From an uncultured Bacteroidota bacterium (GTDB taxonomy: Bacteria; Bacteroidota; Bacteroidia; AKYH767-A; OLB10), in NCBI GenBank assembly GCA_900696575.1, contig CAADHD010000024.1, forward strand, positions 36,818 through 100,817: a DNA stretch of 64,000 nt, written 5' to 3'. Within the stretch, counting starts at the first letter, position 1; each line of letters opens with the position of its first letter. A model generated the notes under the pieces. It did not search any database, was not told the DNA's origin, and was given only the letters and a program-made list of their open reading frames with translations. Positions 18,195 through 28,448 of the stretch are shown here, in pieces. A program made the position numbers and the translations under genes.

Positions 18195-21100
18195 TCAGGC
18201 AAGCTTTTGAATTTCGTTAGCTGTTTTATTGAAAATATCATCCAGTTGTTCAATCAGATTTTTTAAACCTGCAGCATTCTTTTCAAGACATTGCTCTTCA
18301 ATCTTTTTACAAAGTGCAGCTATTTTTGCTGCTCCCAAATTAAGGCTACTGCCTTTCAGCTTATGAGCGGCATTTCCTGCTGCTTCCAGGTTAGCTGATT
18401 CGATATTTTGCCGAATGGCCGTTAAGAGAGAAGGAGTGAGTTTCATGTACATTTCGGTAAGCTGTCTGAAAAATTTCCCACTGTCATCACCTCCAAGTTT
18501 TTTTAGCTGAGTTATTACTTTCATATCAAGTAACGGTTCTTCTGTTATTTGAGAAGAAGATATACCGGAATTCTGCAACAGTTTCTTTCCTTTCCATTTG
18601 GTGATGACTGTTTTCAAATCGCTCATACGTACCGGCTTGGTAATATAATCGTCCATACCGGCTGCCAGGCATTTCTCTTTATCACCTTGCAAGGCATAAG
18701 CCGTCATGGCAATGATAACAGGCTGCTCTTTGTCATTTTGTTTACGGATTTCAGCAGTGGCCTGCAGTCCATCCATTTCAGGCATCTGCACATCCATAAA
18801 AATCAAATCGGCTTTTCGGTATTTTATAAAATCTACAGCAGCTTTTCCATCGGCAACCATTTCGGGTTCATAGCCAAGCTTGCCGAGTATGGTTTTTACT
18901 AACAGTTGATTTACCTCATTGTCTTCGGCAACAAGAATACTCAGCGGAATATGCTCCCATTGTGTTTCATCCATGCCGCTGCTGCCTGAAAAATCTTTTT
19001 CGGGCTTTTCGGAAATGGTGAGACTTTCAGTTAAATCAAACTGAGCGGTGAAATAAAACACAGAGCCTTTGCCCGGCTCGCTCTGCACCCATATTTTTCC
19101 GTTCATCAATGAAACCAACCGTGCGCTGATAGCAAGTCCTAAGCCCGTTCCGCCATACTTACTGAATGTACTTGCATCGGCCTGAGAAAACTCCTGAAAA
19201 AGATTTCGCTGCTGCTCTGCTGTCATGCCAATGCCTGTATCGCTTACGGCAAACTGGAGAGTAGATTTCCCACCGGAAAAACTTTCCGGCTTTACCATGA
19301 TAGCAATTCCACCCTCATGGGTAAACTTAATGGCATTGCCTGTAAGATTGATAAGTATCTGCCTAAGACGGTTCTTATCGCCAATAATCTCTGCCGGAAC
19401 AGAGGAATCAAGTTTATAGCTGAGTTTCAGGTTTTTCTCCTGCGCTTTTGCGTAAAGGATATTGAATGTTTCTTCTATACACTGCCGTATGCTGAATACT
19501 GACTTTTCAAGCTCTAATTTTTCAGATTCTATTTTGGAATAGTCGAGCACATCATTGATTATCTGCATAAGCGTTTCGCTGCTTAGCTGCAGTGACTGCA
19601 CATAATTTTTCTGCTGTTTGTCAAGTTTGGTATCGTTAAGCAAATCAAGCATGCCGATAATGCCTCCTAACGGAGTACGAATTTCATGGCTCATAGTAGC
19701 AAGGAAGCGTGATTTGGCCAAATTGGCACGCTCTGCTTCTTCGCGTGCACGGTTAATCTCTTCTTCGTTCAGAATTTGCTTTGTTACATCACGAACAAAC
19801 ATGGAAATGCCGGTAATCATGCGGTTATTGCCGGCTACAGGCCGCAATGACCAATCGAAAAAAACTGTTCGGTTATCCGTTAATGAATACTGTTCACGAA
19901 AAAACAGCGATTCACCTTTCATCACTTCGCTTAATCGCTGTTGCCATTGCTGTTGTGTATTCAGAGGAAAGGCCGAAAGAAAATTTGTATTTGGCAAAGG
20001 AGGTTTGCCTGTTGCTGTCTGTATGCTTCGCACAAACGGCTCATTCAATATGCGTATGCTGAAATCGTAATTCAATGAGCAAATGCCATCATCAGTACTT
20101 TCAAGAAGGAGAGTAAGGTCGGTAGAAGATTGACGCAGCGACTGCTCAAGATTTTTTTCACGGCTTATGTCTTCTACCATGATAATAGCTCCCGGCTCCT
20201 CATTGTCTTTAAAAGCCGATGCGCTGAAAATGGTGTGCACTACAGTTCCGTTTTTTCGAAGCAACTTTAATTCTTCTTTAAACGGCCCGCCATTTCCCTG
20301 TATCAGTCCATTCATTTTATTCCGGAAGGCATTGGCTTCGTTCGGATGAATCAGATCAGGAAGTTTTAACTGACTCAATTCATCGGATGAATATCCCAGC
20401 ATGGAAACCATGACATGATTGGTATGCAGGATCTTTGCAGACGAATTGATAAAAGTGATTCCTGTCTGGCTTTCATCCAGAATTTTTTTGAACACCTTTT
20501 GCCTCTCTCCTACTTCGGCTAAACGATGGCGAGTAACATTGCTGGCAATCCATAAATAACAAGCCGATTGATTTACCGGGCTGATGACTTTCCGTCCTGT
20601 CATCTGCAACCATAATTCATTACCTATTACATCCAGCGTTTTTACCTGAACACTGTGCGAAGAGTCCTGATTCAATAAAGGATTGGCATGAATCAATTCT
20701 TCCAGAAAAGGATGGGTTGTTAAAGTAGAATCGCTTCGCAATCCGGTGAGTTCGGAAAAGGAGCGATTCACCATTACCGGATTGCCGGATTGGTCAAGAA
20801 TAAGAATGCCATCGGTAATTCGATCAAAGAAATGTCGAAGTTCCAATGCATTGGTTTCGCTTTGCGAAAGCTGATTCCGGAAATGAGTAACCTCTACCAA
20901 CTCAACGGATACTAAATTGTTTCCCGGCTGCAGTCGGCTCCATAAAATCTGAATGAAGCAATCCGTGCCGTTTTGCTCAACACTGATTTCATCGTGCAAC
21001 ACTTCAGTAGAAAACTCATGTTTCATCCGTTGCCATACACGGTTATCAAAAAGTTGATCAGCATAAATTTTATCTTCCGTTTTATCTGAAAAGAAATTTT

Positions 21101-21689
21101 TAGCTGCTTTACTCATATATGTTATCCGGCCATCCTTCATATCAACAACAAGATGCATTCCCGGCAAATTCATTTCTGACGAACCTGCTGTTTCATTAAA
21201 TCTGCCTGCTGCCAGCAACAGGGCAGCCATCAGAAAATAAACAATAAAATAAGCTGCTTTGAACGATAAAGAAGCATGGTTAAGAACTATTAAAAGCAGA
21301 ACTGAGAGTAAAAAGGTAAACAACAAACCGTAAATCAGTTTTTGCCGGTCTATGCCCGAGAAGAAATGTAAGGCAATGATTGCCCATGCTAATGAAATAT
21401 ATTCAGGGTTGTAAAAGATAATTCCGCAGAGAAACAACGCCATGAATTTTGAGAATGTATTGAACAGAAAATTCAGTTTTTCATAGCCGCTTATCATCGA
21501 ATAAATAAAAATAGCTGCCGGAAAAACAATCAGCACGGCTCTCGGAATGATAAATTCCTTTACCGAATGGTCAGTAATCTGCCAAGCGAATAACAAAGCA
21601 GCATACCCCGCAAGCATAACTTTTAAAACAGCCGGTTGCCCTAGGCGATTTGTCAGGCTCAAATAGTTTATGAAAAAACCGGAGGTCAT
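18195..21689 (-). CDS. Membrane-bound hybrid sensor kinase (TM, PAS x3-4, HisKA, HATPase, REC, HPt)
   Basis: [50 protein letters not shown]. Confidence 0.95.
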   Translation of the reverse strand: MTSGFFINYLSLTNRLGQPAVLKVMLAGYAALLFAWQITDHSVKEFIIPRAVLIVFPAAIFIYSMISGYEKLNFLFNTFSKFMALFLCGIIFYNPEYISLAWAIIALHFFSGIDRQKLIYGLLFTFLLSVLLLIVLNHASLSFKAAYFIVYFLMAALLLAAGRFNETAGSSEMNLPGMHLVVDMKDGRITYMSKAAKNFFSDKTEDKIYADQLFDNRVWQRMKHEFSTEVLHDEISVEQNGTDCFIQILWSRLQPGNNLVSVELVEVTHFRNQLSQSETNALELRHFFDRITDGILILDQSGNPVMVNRSFSELTGLRSDSTLTTHPFLEELIHANPLLNQDSSHSVQVKTLDVIGNELWLQMTGRKVISPVNQSACYLWIASNVTRHRLAEVGERQKVFKKILDESQTGITFINSSAKILHTNHVMVSMLGYSSDELSQLKLPDLIHPNEANAFRNKMNGLIQGNGGPFKEELKLLRKNGTVVHTIFSASAFKDNEEPGAIIMVEDISREKNLEQSLRQSSTDLTLLLESTDDGICSLNYDFSIRILNEPFVRSIQTATGKPPLPNTNFLSAFPLNTQQQWQQRLSEVMKGESLFFREQYSLTDNRTVFFDWSLRPVAGNNRMITGISMFVRDVTKQILNEEEINRAREEAERANLAKSRFLATMSHEIRTPLGGIIGMLDLLNDTKLDKQQKNYVQSLQLSSETLMQIINDVLDYSKIESEKLELEKSVFSIRQCIEETFNILYAKAQEKNLKLSYKLDSSVPAEIIGDKNRLRQILINLTGNAIKFTHEGGIAIMVKPESFSGGKSTLQFAVSDTGIGMTAEQQRNLFQEFSQADASTFSKYGGTGLGLAISARLVSLMNGKIWVQSEPGKGSVFYFTAQFDLTESLTISEKPEKDFSGSSGMDETQWEHIPLSILVAEDNEVNQLLVKTILGKLGYEPEMVADGKAAVDFIKYRKADLIFMDVQMPEMDGLQATAEIRKQNDKEQPVIIAMTAYALQGDKEKCLAAGMDDYITKPVRMSDLKTVITKWKGKKLLQNSGISSSQITEEPLLDMKVITQLKKLGGDDSGKFFRQLTEMYMKLTPSLLTAIRQNIESANLEAAGNAAHKLKGSSLNLGAAKIAALCKKIEEQCLEKNAAGLKNLIEQLDDIFNKTANEIQKLA

Positions 21690-21782
21690 CAGAATACAGT
21701 TTGGAAGCCTTTGCGAAGGCTTAAGAACTTATACTCTGAAAATAGCAAAAGGTTAAGCAAGAAATGGCATTGTTTTAAAAGG

Positions 21783-22205
21783 CTAATGAGGAGTATTTTT
21801 TTCATTTCCTTCAGTAGTTTTTTCTCCGGTTTCTTCCGGAAGATCTTTCAGTATCAGGTACCAGGAAACTAATTTTTTAATGTCGGAGGGATAGACTCTT
21901 TCGCGGTCAAAATCAGGAACCACCTGACCTAAAAATTCAATAAGTGCTTTATTATCAGACTTTGGGCTGACAGGTAATTCGTTTCCGAATTTTTCTTTAA
22001 CCAGCTTTAAAATTTCAGACAGCGGTTTGTCTTCACTGGTGGTGAACATGCTGATTTCGCTCAGGCGGCTGATGCGTTCCGAAGCATTAGCCACAGTGCG
22101 TTTCCCATTTGTTAACGATTCAATAACCACCCCGTTTTTTGCCTGAGAAAGCAACCGGTACAAACCGGGTTTACCGGAAATCGAAAGTATTTTTTCAATA
22201 TTCAT
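21783..22205 (-). CDS. DUF5606 family conserved Bacteroidota protein
   Basis: ILSISGKPGLY...RVYPSDIKKL.SWY..L signature. Confidence 0.8.
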   Translation of the reverse strand: MNIEKILSISGKPGLYRLLSQAKNGVVIESLTNGKRTVANASERISRLSEISMFTTSEDKPLSEILKLVKEKFGNELPVSPKSDNKALIEFLGQVVPDFDRERVYPSDIKKLVSWYLILKDLPEETGEKTTEGNEKNTPH

Positions 22206-22326
22206 AACCTGTTAAAATTCATACAGGGTGCTAAGGTGAATAAAAATCAGCACAGATTAACGTGTACTGAATCTTGTTTTTAACTGCCTTGAATTAACTA
22301 TTATTGTAACCTGTAAATCCATCACT

Positions 22327-23571
22327 ATGCCGTCAGTTTGCTTTTATTTTCAGGTGCATCAGCCCTACCGGCTTCGCAGGTATTCTTTTTTAGAATTAGG
22401 CAAAAATCATTTTTACGAAGACGATGAAAAGAACAGGGCCATTCTTAATAAAGTTTCAGATAAATGCTACCTGCCTGCCAATACTTTGATGCTTGAGCTG
22501 ATTAAAAAATACAAAGGCAAGTTCCGTATCAGTTATTCCATCAGTGGTGTAGCCCTGGAACAGTTTCAATCCTTCAGGCCTGATGTACTTAAATCCTTTC
22601 AGGAATTAGCCAAAACCGGTTGTGTTGAATTTCTTTCGGAAACATATTTTCACTCATTGTCTTTTATTTTTTCACAGAAAGAATTCAAACGGCAGGTTGA
22701 ATTGCACCGTACTGCCATTGAAAAACATTTCGGAGTAACACCTGATGTTTTCAGAAACACAGAATTGATTTACAGCAATGCAGTAGCTGCTGTTGTGGAG
22801 AAGATGGGATACAAAGCCATTCTTTGCGAAGGGGTTGACAGAATACTCGGAAACCGTACTCCCAATTTTGTTTATAAACCACAGGGGTCAAAAAAGATAA
22901 AATTGCTTTTGAAAAATTATCGCCTCAGTGATGATATTGCCTTCCGTTTTTCAGACCGCAATTGGAGCGAATGGCCGCTTCATGCCGATACGTTTGCTTC
23001 ATGGGTTCATAAAGTTGCCGGAAATGGCGATACTGTCAATCTGTTTATGGATTATGAAACATTCGGAGAGCATCAATGGGAATCAACCGGCATTTTTGAT
23101 TTTATGAAATACCTGCCCGGTGAAATTCTTAAACATCAGGATTTCGGATTTAAAACTCCTTCTGAAACCATCAAGGCTTACAAAGCGCGCGATGTGTATG
23201 ACGTACCCGAATACACCTCCTGGGCCGATGCCGAACGCGACCTCTCTGCATGGCTTAGCAACAGCATGGAAAAAGAAGCTGCAAAAAGATTGTATGCTAT
23301 GGAAAAAGCCGTCTTAGCAACAGGCAATGAAGAATTTATTCATACATGGGGTAAACTCCAGACCAGCGATCATTTCTACTATATGTGTACCAAATTCTGG
23401 AGTGATGGCGATGTGCACAAATACTTCAGCCCGTATGATTCCCCTTACGATGCCTATATTTTTTACATGAATGCTCTCAATGACTTTGAGGCCACTCTGA
23501 AAAAAATGAAACCTGCCGCACCGGTTAAAATTGTCAGAAAAACTGCTGCTGCGAAAGCGAAAACTGTTTGA
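22327..23571 (+). CDS. Glycoside hydrolase family 57 (alpha-amylase-like)
   Basis: FQVHQPYRL, ETYFHSL, RNTELIY, MDYETFGEHQW, LQTSDHFYYM. Confidence 0.9.
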   Translation: MPSVCFYFQVHQPYRLRRYSFLELGKNHFYEDDEKNRAILNKVSDKCYLPANTLMLELIKKYKGKFRISYSISGVALEQFQSFRPDVLKSFQELAKTGCVEFLSETYFHSLSFIFSQKEFKRQVELHRTAIEKHFGVTPDVFRNTELIYSNAVAAVVEKMGYKAILCEGVDRILGNRTPNFVYKPQGSKKIKLLLKNYRLSDDIAFRFSDRNWSEWPLHADTFASWVHKVAGNGDTVNLFMDYETFGEHQWESTGIFDFMKYLPGEILKHQDFGFKTPSETIKAYKARDVYDVPEYTSWADAERDLSAWLSNSMEKEAAKRLYAMEKAVLATGNEEFIHTWGKLQTSDHFYYMCTKFWSDGDVHKYFSPYDSPYDAYIFYMNALNDFEATLKKMKPAAPVKIVRKTAAAKAKTV

Positions 23572-23577
23572 AAACAT

Positions 23578-25971
23578 TCAACGCAGAAGCGTTACTGTTC
23601 CTTTCCTGCTGAATTTTTTTTCAGAGCCGTATCCCTTGTAAGTTAAGATATAAACGTAAACGCCTTGCCGGGCTGGTTTGTCGTTTACGTTTCCATTCCA
23701 TACAAAGTTTTTTGAATCGGATTCAAAAACAGGCTGACCCCAACGGCTGAATACTTTCACTTCGGCCGATTCGACAAAAGCTGATTCCAATTTCCAGACA
23801 TCATTTTTCCCATCCTGATTTGGTGAAAAAGAATTTGGAATGTAACCGAGCGGTTGCTGGCTTAAAGTAATCTCGTTCGAAACGCTCTGCATAGGTAACG
23901 GCATAGTATCTTCAATAGCGATGATGCGATAATCAAAATAGCCGTAATCCAAATCAAGCTCATGATCGCCATAGGTTGTATCGTTGAATTCGGTTGAAGC
24001 AACCAAGGCAAAAGGCTCATTGCTTCCGTAAGGTCTGCGGTAAACCTGATACCGGTTAACGCCTTGACTCCATTGCTGATAAGAATTCCATTCAAGTTTA
24101 TTAAAAAACATATCACTCTTTCCTTCCAAAAAAACAGTACAGGCCAGGTTGCTTGCCGGGCTTCGGTTATTACAGAGGTCTTCGTTAATCAGATAGTAAC
24201 AATAAGAAGTTTTATTGACTTCTACATTGGCATCCAGATAAGTTTCACCGACCGGATGTACCAAGGTGGCAACCGGTTCATAAGCAGCAAAAGGTTTGTT
24301 TTCTGCCCGGTAAATAAAGAATGTAGATGCAGATGCAGCCGGAAATTGCTCCCAGGTAATTTCAATGGCATTGTTATTAACCACTGTTGCATTCCTCATC
24401 ACATTGACCGCGTTGTTAAACTGGGTGGCCGTGCATACGGTGTCTGATGGCAGGCCTGCACCACCACAATCACTGATTAATTTTACATAGTAGCAATAAT
24501 TATTGTTCAAATAATCTGTTGCATACAGGTCATCAAAGTGATGTTTGGAATAATCGGGTTGATTTCCTATCAAAGAAAAAAGACTGCCGTTCATACTTCG
24601 GTAAACTTCCATTTTTTGAAAATGCTTTTGCGGAACGGTTGGCGCCTGCCATATAACCTCCACTTTATCATCGTCCCGAAGTCCGAGACAAAGTATGTCA
24701 GGTTTGTAATCGTTGGCTGATTTAACTTTTATAAAAACAGAATCAAAAGCAGTGAAAGGTAAAGGACAGCCATTATCGCGCAGCCTGACTACAACCTTAT
24801 AGGGATCATTTCGTCCATGGCCGCAGTCAGTAACCCAGTAATAAAGGGCAGCGGTATAAAACATTCCACTGTCAGCATTGGCGGTTGCCAAAGGCGGGGG
24901 AATAGCGCCCGGTTGCATGGTTTCGCTGTTTACATCAAGCCACAGTGAATCTTCCGTATCCGATCCGGAAATCAATAATGAAATGGTATCCGTTTCGTAA
25001 ATCTCGAAGTAGTTTGTTCCTGTTTGTTGCACGCTTGAAGATAAACTTAACTGCGGAATACTGCCAAAACAAATAATTACAGAGAACTCAATTTCGCGCC
25101 TGATCATTCCAATCTGCACTCCGTTTCTGAATTCGCGAACATTCACAGCCATAGCATACATTCCTAAATTCTGAACGGTAACACTGATTTGTCCGGTTAA
25201 AGGATCAACAGTTAACGGCTGAATGCTTTGACAAACATTGGCAAGCGAGTAACCGGAAGCCCATGTTACGGGAGGATAAGGAGCCGGTAACGGAGTTGGT
25301 AAAATTGCCTGAACCGGGGATGTATTCGGAAGTCCGGTATTACCGGCAAGAGGTGTTGAGAGTTCGTAAACCAAAATATCACCATCCGGATCCACTGCAG
25401 AAAAGCTGTAATTCAATGGTTGATTTTCACAAACAAAAGGCAATGGGTCGTTGCTGAATTGCGGGCTTGAGTTATGAAAAGCGGGATCGGGCATTTCGGC
25501 ATAAAAGGCCATACCGGTTTGCAGCGGACTTTGCATGTTAATGATTGTGGAATTGCGGCAACAGCGTTCCCAAATCAGGTAATATCCGTTGGGGTTGTTT
25601 GGAATAATGATAGTATCCCTATAGATGGCATACTCTACACACACTTCAGGTGGAATTACACAAGAAGCAGATGGCCCGCTGAGGCTTACAGAATCCATTT
25701 CAACCAAATCCATCAGCAAGGTATCTTGTCTGGCATGCGTAACCTTATCAAAAATTCCAATAAGAATGCTTTGGTCAAAACCGGCATTGCCCGGCAGGCA
25801 GTCGCGGTAAATTTTTACAGTAAGTTCAAACTGATTCCCCGTTAACCAACGGTAGGTAAAATCTCCGCCAACAACGTGGGTAGCAGAAGATAATGCCGGG
25901 AAGAAAAACCACAAAAAAATCATGGAAACTTTACACCATTTCAGAAATGCAACATGGCTTTTCGATTTCAT
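23578..25971 (-). CDS. T9SS type B (gliding motility-associated CHU_C) cargo protein
   Basis: ATHVVGGDFTYR, RCCRN, DPDGD.L.YEL, FN3-like repeats; CTD YIPNSFSPNQDGKND...FSRWGQ...WNG...KGTVTLLR. Confidence 0.9.
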   Translation of the reverse strand: MKSKSHVAFLKWCKVSMIFLWFFFPALSSATHVVGGDFTYRWLTGNQFELTVKIYRDCLPGNAGFDQSILIGIFDKVTHARQDTLLMDLVEMDSVSLSGPSASCVIPPEVCVEYAIYRDTIIIPNNPNGYYLIWERCCRNSTIINMQSPLQTGMAFYAEMPDPAFHNSSPQFSNDPLPFVCENQPLNYSFSAVDPDGDILVYELSTPLAGNTGLPNTSPVQAILPTPLPAPYPPVTWASGYSLANVCQSIQPLTVDPLTGQISVTVQNLGMYAMAVNVREFRNGVQIGMIRREIEFSVIICFGSIPQLSLSSSVQQTGTNYFEIYETDTISLLISGSDTEDSLWLDVNSETMQPGAIPPPLATANADSGMFYTAALYYWVTDCGHGRNDPYKVVVRLRDNGCPLPFTAFDSVFIKVKSANDYKPDILCLGLRDDDKVEVIWQAPTVPQKHFQKMEVYRSMNGSLFSLIGNQPDYSKHHFDDLYATDYLNNNYCYYVKLISDCGGAGLPSDTVCTATQFNNAVNVMRNATVVNNNAIEITWEQFPAASASTFFIYRAENKPFAAYEPVATLVHPVGETYLDANVEVNKTSYCYYLINEDLCNNRSPASNLACTVFLEGKSDMFFNKLEWNSYQQWSQGVNRYQVYRRPYGSNEPFALVASTEFNDTTYGDHELDLDYGYFDYRIIAIEDTMPLPMQSVSNEITLSQQPLGYIPNSFSPNQDGKNDVWKLESAFVESAEVKVFSRWGQPVFESDSKNFVWNGNVNDKPARQGVYVYILTYKGYGSEKKFSRKGTVTLLR

Positions 25972-26012
25972 GCCTGCGAATTGATTACTCAAAAATACTT
26001 TATTTGTCGCCT

Positions 26013-27407
26013 ATGAAGCAAGCCCTTTTTCTAAATGACATAAAGATTACCGATATAAGCAATGAAGGAACCGGAATTGGCAGGTATGAAAACAGGGTTG
26101 TTTTTGTGGATAAGGCTGTGCCGGGCGATGTGGCTGATGTAAAAATTTATAAATCAAAAAAAAAATTTTACGAAGCTTCAATTGTAAAAATAAAGGAAGC
26201 CTCAAGCCTGAGAAATGATCCTTTCTGTCAACATTTCGGAACATGCGGAGGATGCCGCTGGCAGCACCTGAAATACGAAGCACAGTTACAGTTTAAAGAA
26301 AAGCAGGTAAAGGATGCTCTTGAAAGAATAGGCAATCAAACAGGTTTTGAAATGGAAACCATTCTGGCTTCACCTGTTCAAACCGCATACAGAAACCGGC
26401 TTGATTTCGGATTCAGCAACAAAAAGTATTTAAGTATTGAAGAAATTCGATCTGGAAGAACATTTGAAGATGGCGCGGTGGGGTTTCATTTGCCGCGGCT
26501 GTTCGATAAAGTGGTTGATATTCAAACCTGTTACCTGATGGACGATCTGAATAATCAAATCAGGCTGGCCGTAAAATCATTTGCCATTGAAAACAAACTT
26601 TCGTTTTACGATCACCGTCAGCACGAAGGATTATTGCGTGGCATGGTGGTAAGAAACACCAATCTTGGCGAATGGATGGTAATCATGATGTTCGGAAAAG
26701 AAGATAACAAAGGAATCGAAATGGTTATGCATTTTATCCGGACACATTTTCCTCAGCTACACTCGCTGATGTATGTAATCAACACCAAACGAAACGATAC
26801 TATTTACGATTTGCCGGTTCAGCTTTATCAAGGCGAAAGATTCATTACGGCATCCATTGATGATTTGAAATTCAGGATTTCACCAAAATCTTTTTTTCAA
26901 ACCAACAGCGGGCAGGTAGCCCGTTTGTACAAGGTTGCTTTTGATTTTGCGGAAATCAAACCTCATGAACATGTGTATGATCTTTACTGCGGTACAGGAA
27001 CCATTTCCTGCATGGCTGCCCGCCATGCCAAGCAGGTAACAGGAATTGAATATGTGGAAGATGCGGTAAAGGATGCCCGGTTGAATGCTGAATTGAACGG
27101 ACTGAACAATCTCTCTTTTCATGCCGGTGATTTAAAAGATTTACTGACCCTGGATTTCTTCCTTACTCATGGCAAACCGCAAGTGATGATGATTGATCCT
27201 CCGAGGTCAGGTATGCATGCTGAAGTAACCGAAGCCGTTAATCAATCAGAAGCTGAAAGGCTGGTATATGTAAGCTGCAATCCGGCAACCCAGGCCAGAG
27301 ATATTTCTTTATTGAGTAATTACAAATTGATAAAAATACGACCGGTGGATATGTTTCCGCATACGCTGCATGTGGAGAATGCAGCACTGCTGATCAGAAA
27401 AACTTAA
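26013..27407 (+). CDS. rlmD: 23S rRNA (uracil1939-C5)-methyltransferase RlmD
   Basis: TRAM domain, CQHFGTCGGC Fe-S motif, SFFQTN, DLYCGTG, DPPRSG, YVSCNPATQARD, DMFPHT; ATG 26013 preferred. Confidence 0.95.
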   Translation: MKQALFLNDIKITDISNEGTGIGRYENRVVFVDKAVPGDVADVKIYKSKKKFYEASIVKIKEASSLRNDPFCQHFGTCGGCRWQHLKYEAQLQFKEKQVKDALERIGNQTGFEMETILASPVQTAYRNRLDFGFSNKKYLSIEEIRSGRTFEDGAVGFHLPRLFDKVVDIQTCYLMDDLNNQIRLAVKSFAIENKLSFYDHRQHEGLLRGMVVRNTNLGEWMVIMMFGKEDNKGIEMVMHFIRTHFPQLHSLMYVINTKRNDTIYDLPVQLYQGERFITASIDDLKFRISPKSFFQTNSGQVARLYKVAFDFAEIKPHEHVYDLYCGTGTISCMAARHAKQVTGIEYVEDAVKDARLNAELNGLNNLSFHAGDLKDLLTLDFFLTHGKPQVMMIDPPRSGMHAEVTEAVNQSEAERLVYVSCNPATQARDISLLSNYKLIKIRPVDMFPHTLHVENAALLIRKT

Positions 27408-27415
27408 AGAGATCA

Positions 27416-27862
27416 TTATTCGACAGGAAGTTTTTCAATCAACACCATGGGACCGGGACAATGTGTCGTATGACATACCACACAGCCTGAAATGAGGTTA
27501 TTATAGTTTTCCTTCAGATCCTTCTTATTTGACTTTGAAAAATTTTTTAATGCTGCCATGTATAAATCAGCATAACTGTTGTAATACTGATTTTTTGTAG
27601 TGGGTGTTGTAGGGGTGGCAGTATAAATTTTTTCAAACTCGGCAGGATAGCCTTTTGTCGGCTTGTTTTTTAATACCTCTTCGCGTGCTTTAAGCGCATG
27701 CTGATGCATCTTACGCATAAGCAATGACAATTCGCTCGATCCATTCGGATTTAAATCGGTGGAATCAGCAAGCAGTGAAGAAGATTGAAGTTTTCCGTCA
27801 GGGTTAATGGAAACCCCGGAAATGATTGCAAGAAGGATCAAGAAGGCGAAGATGTGTTTCAC
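27416..27862 (-). CDS. Exported protein with C-terminal CxxCH heme-binding motif (cytochrome c'-like helical bundle)
   Basis: GTG start at 27862 gives a signal peptide; LNPNGSSELSLLMRKM and YNNLISGCVVCHTTHCPGP. Confidence 0.6.
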   Translation of the reverse strand: MKHIFAFLILLAIISGVSINPDGKLQSSSLLADSTDLNPNGSSELSLLMRKMHQHALKAREEVLKNKPTKGYPAEFEKIYTATPTTPTTKNQYYNSYADLYMAALKNFSKSNKKDLKENYNNLISGCVVCHTTHCPGPMVLIEKLPVE

Positions 27863-27866
27863 TGTA

Positions 27867-28382
27867 TTATTCGGTTTTATTGAGGTGTTTATTACCGGCA
27901 AAGTATTGAAGTACTGGCAGAAGTTGTTCCGGAGTCTGATATCCTGCAATGACATTGAGCATAGAGAAATTTTCATCCAGCACTACAAAACTGGGATATC
28001 CCATTTTTCCATTAAGCAGCGAAAGGGCAATTTCATTGGCTTTGTACTCAGGACGGAAAACAAAAACCTGATCACGGAAACGGATGGTATCGCGCGATTC
28101 GGCATTGAGCTTTACGGCATGATAATACTGATTCATAAAATCAGTAACCGTATCATTTTTAAAAGTGGTAGCATCCATACGCTTGCACCATCCGCACCAG
28201 TCGGTATAAACATCAATAAATACTTTCTTTTTATCCGATTCAGATTTTCTGACAGCCTCTTCAAAGCCCATCCATTGAATGCCGCCAGGCATGGCTGCTG
28301 AGTTATTTTCTTCTTTTGGCTGACCAGTGCAGGAGGCCATACCGAAGAACAAAATCAAAGTTGAAAAAATACGTGTAGCCAT
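27867..28382 (-). CDS. Thioredoxin-fold lipoprotein (DUF255/SoxW-like)
   Basis: Lipobox-like MASC, IDVYTDWCGWCKRMD, cis-Pro loop GYPS. Confidence 0.85.
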   Translation of the reverse strand: MATRIFSTLILFFGMASCTGQPKEENNSAAMPGGIQWMGFEEAVRKSESDKKKVFIDVYTDWCGWCKRMDATTFKNDTVTDFMNQYYHAVKLNAESRDTIRFRDQVFVFRPEYKANEIALSLLNGKMGYPSFVVLDENFSMLNVIAGYQTPEQLLPVLQYFAGNKHLNKTE

Positions 28383-28399
28383 GGTTTTTTTATTTTGAG

Positions 28400-28407
28400 C
28401 AAAGATA
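28400..28407 (-). promoter_or_regulatory. Bacteroidota -7 element (TATCTTTG)
   Basis: TAnnTTTG on the minus strand just upstream of the thioredoxin ATG. Confidence 0.6.
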
Positions 28408-28448
28408 AATTGGTGAAGATGAAAAATAATGAGTTCATTACATGAAGT

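Noticed and set aside
22306-22334. GTAAC...CCGTC upstream of the GH57 gene as another ECF promoter
   Set aside because: The spacer is 19 rather than 16 nt and the -10 box would lie inside the coding sequence.
25893-26012. Apparent head-to-head overlap of rlmD and the T9SS cargo gene
   Set aside because: It disappears with the more plausible starts at 26013 and 25971.
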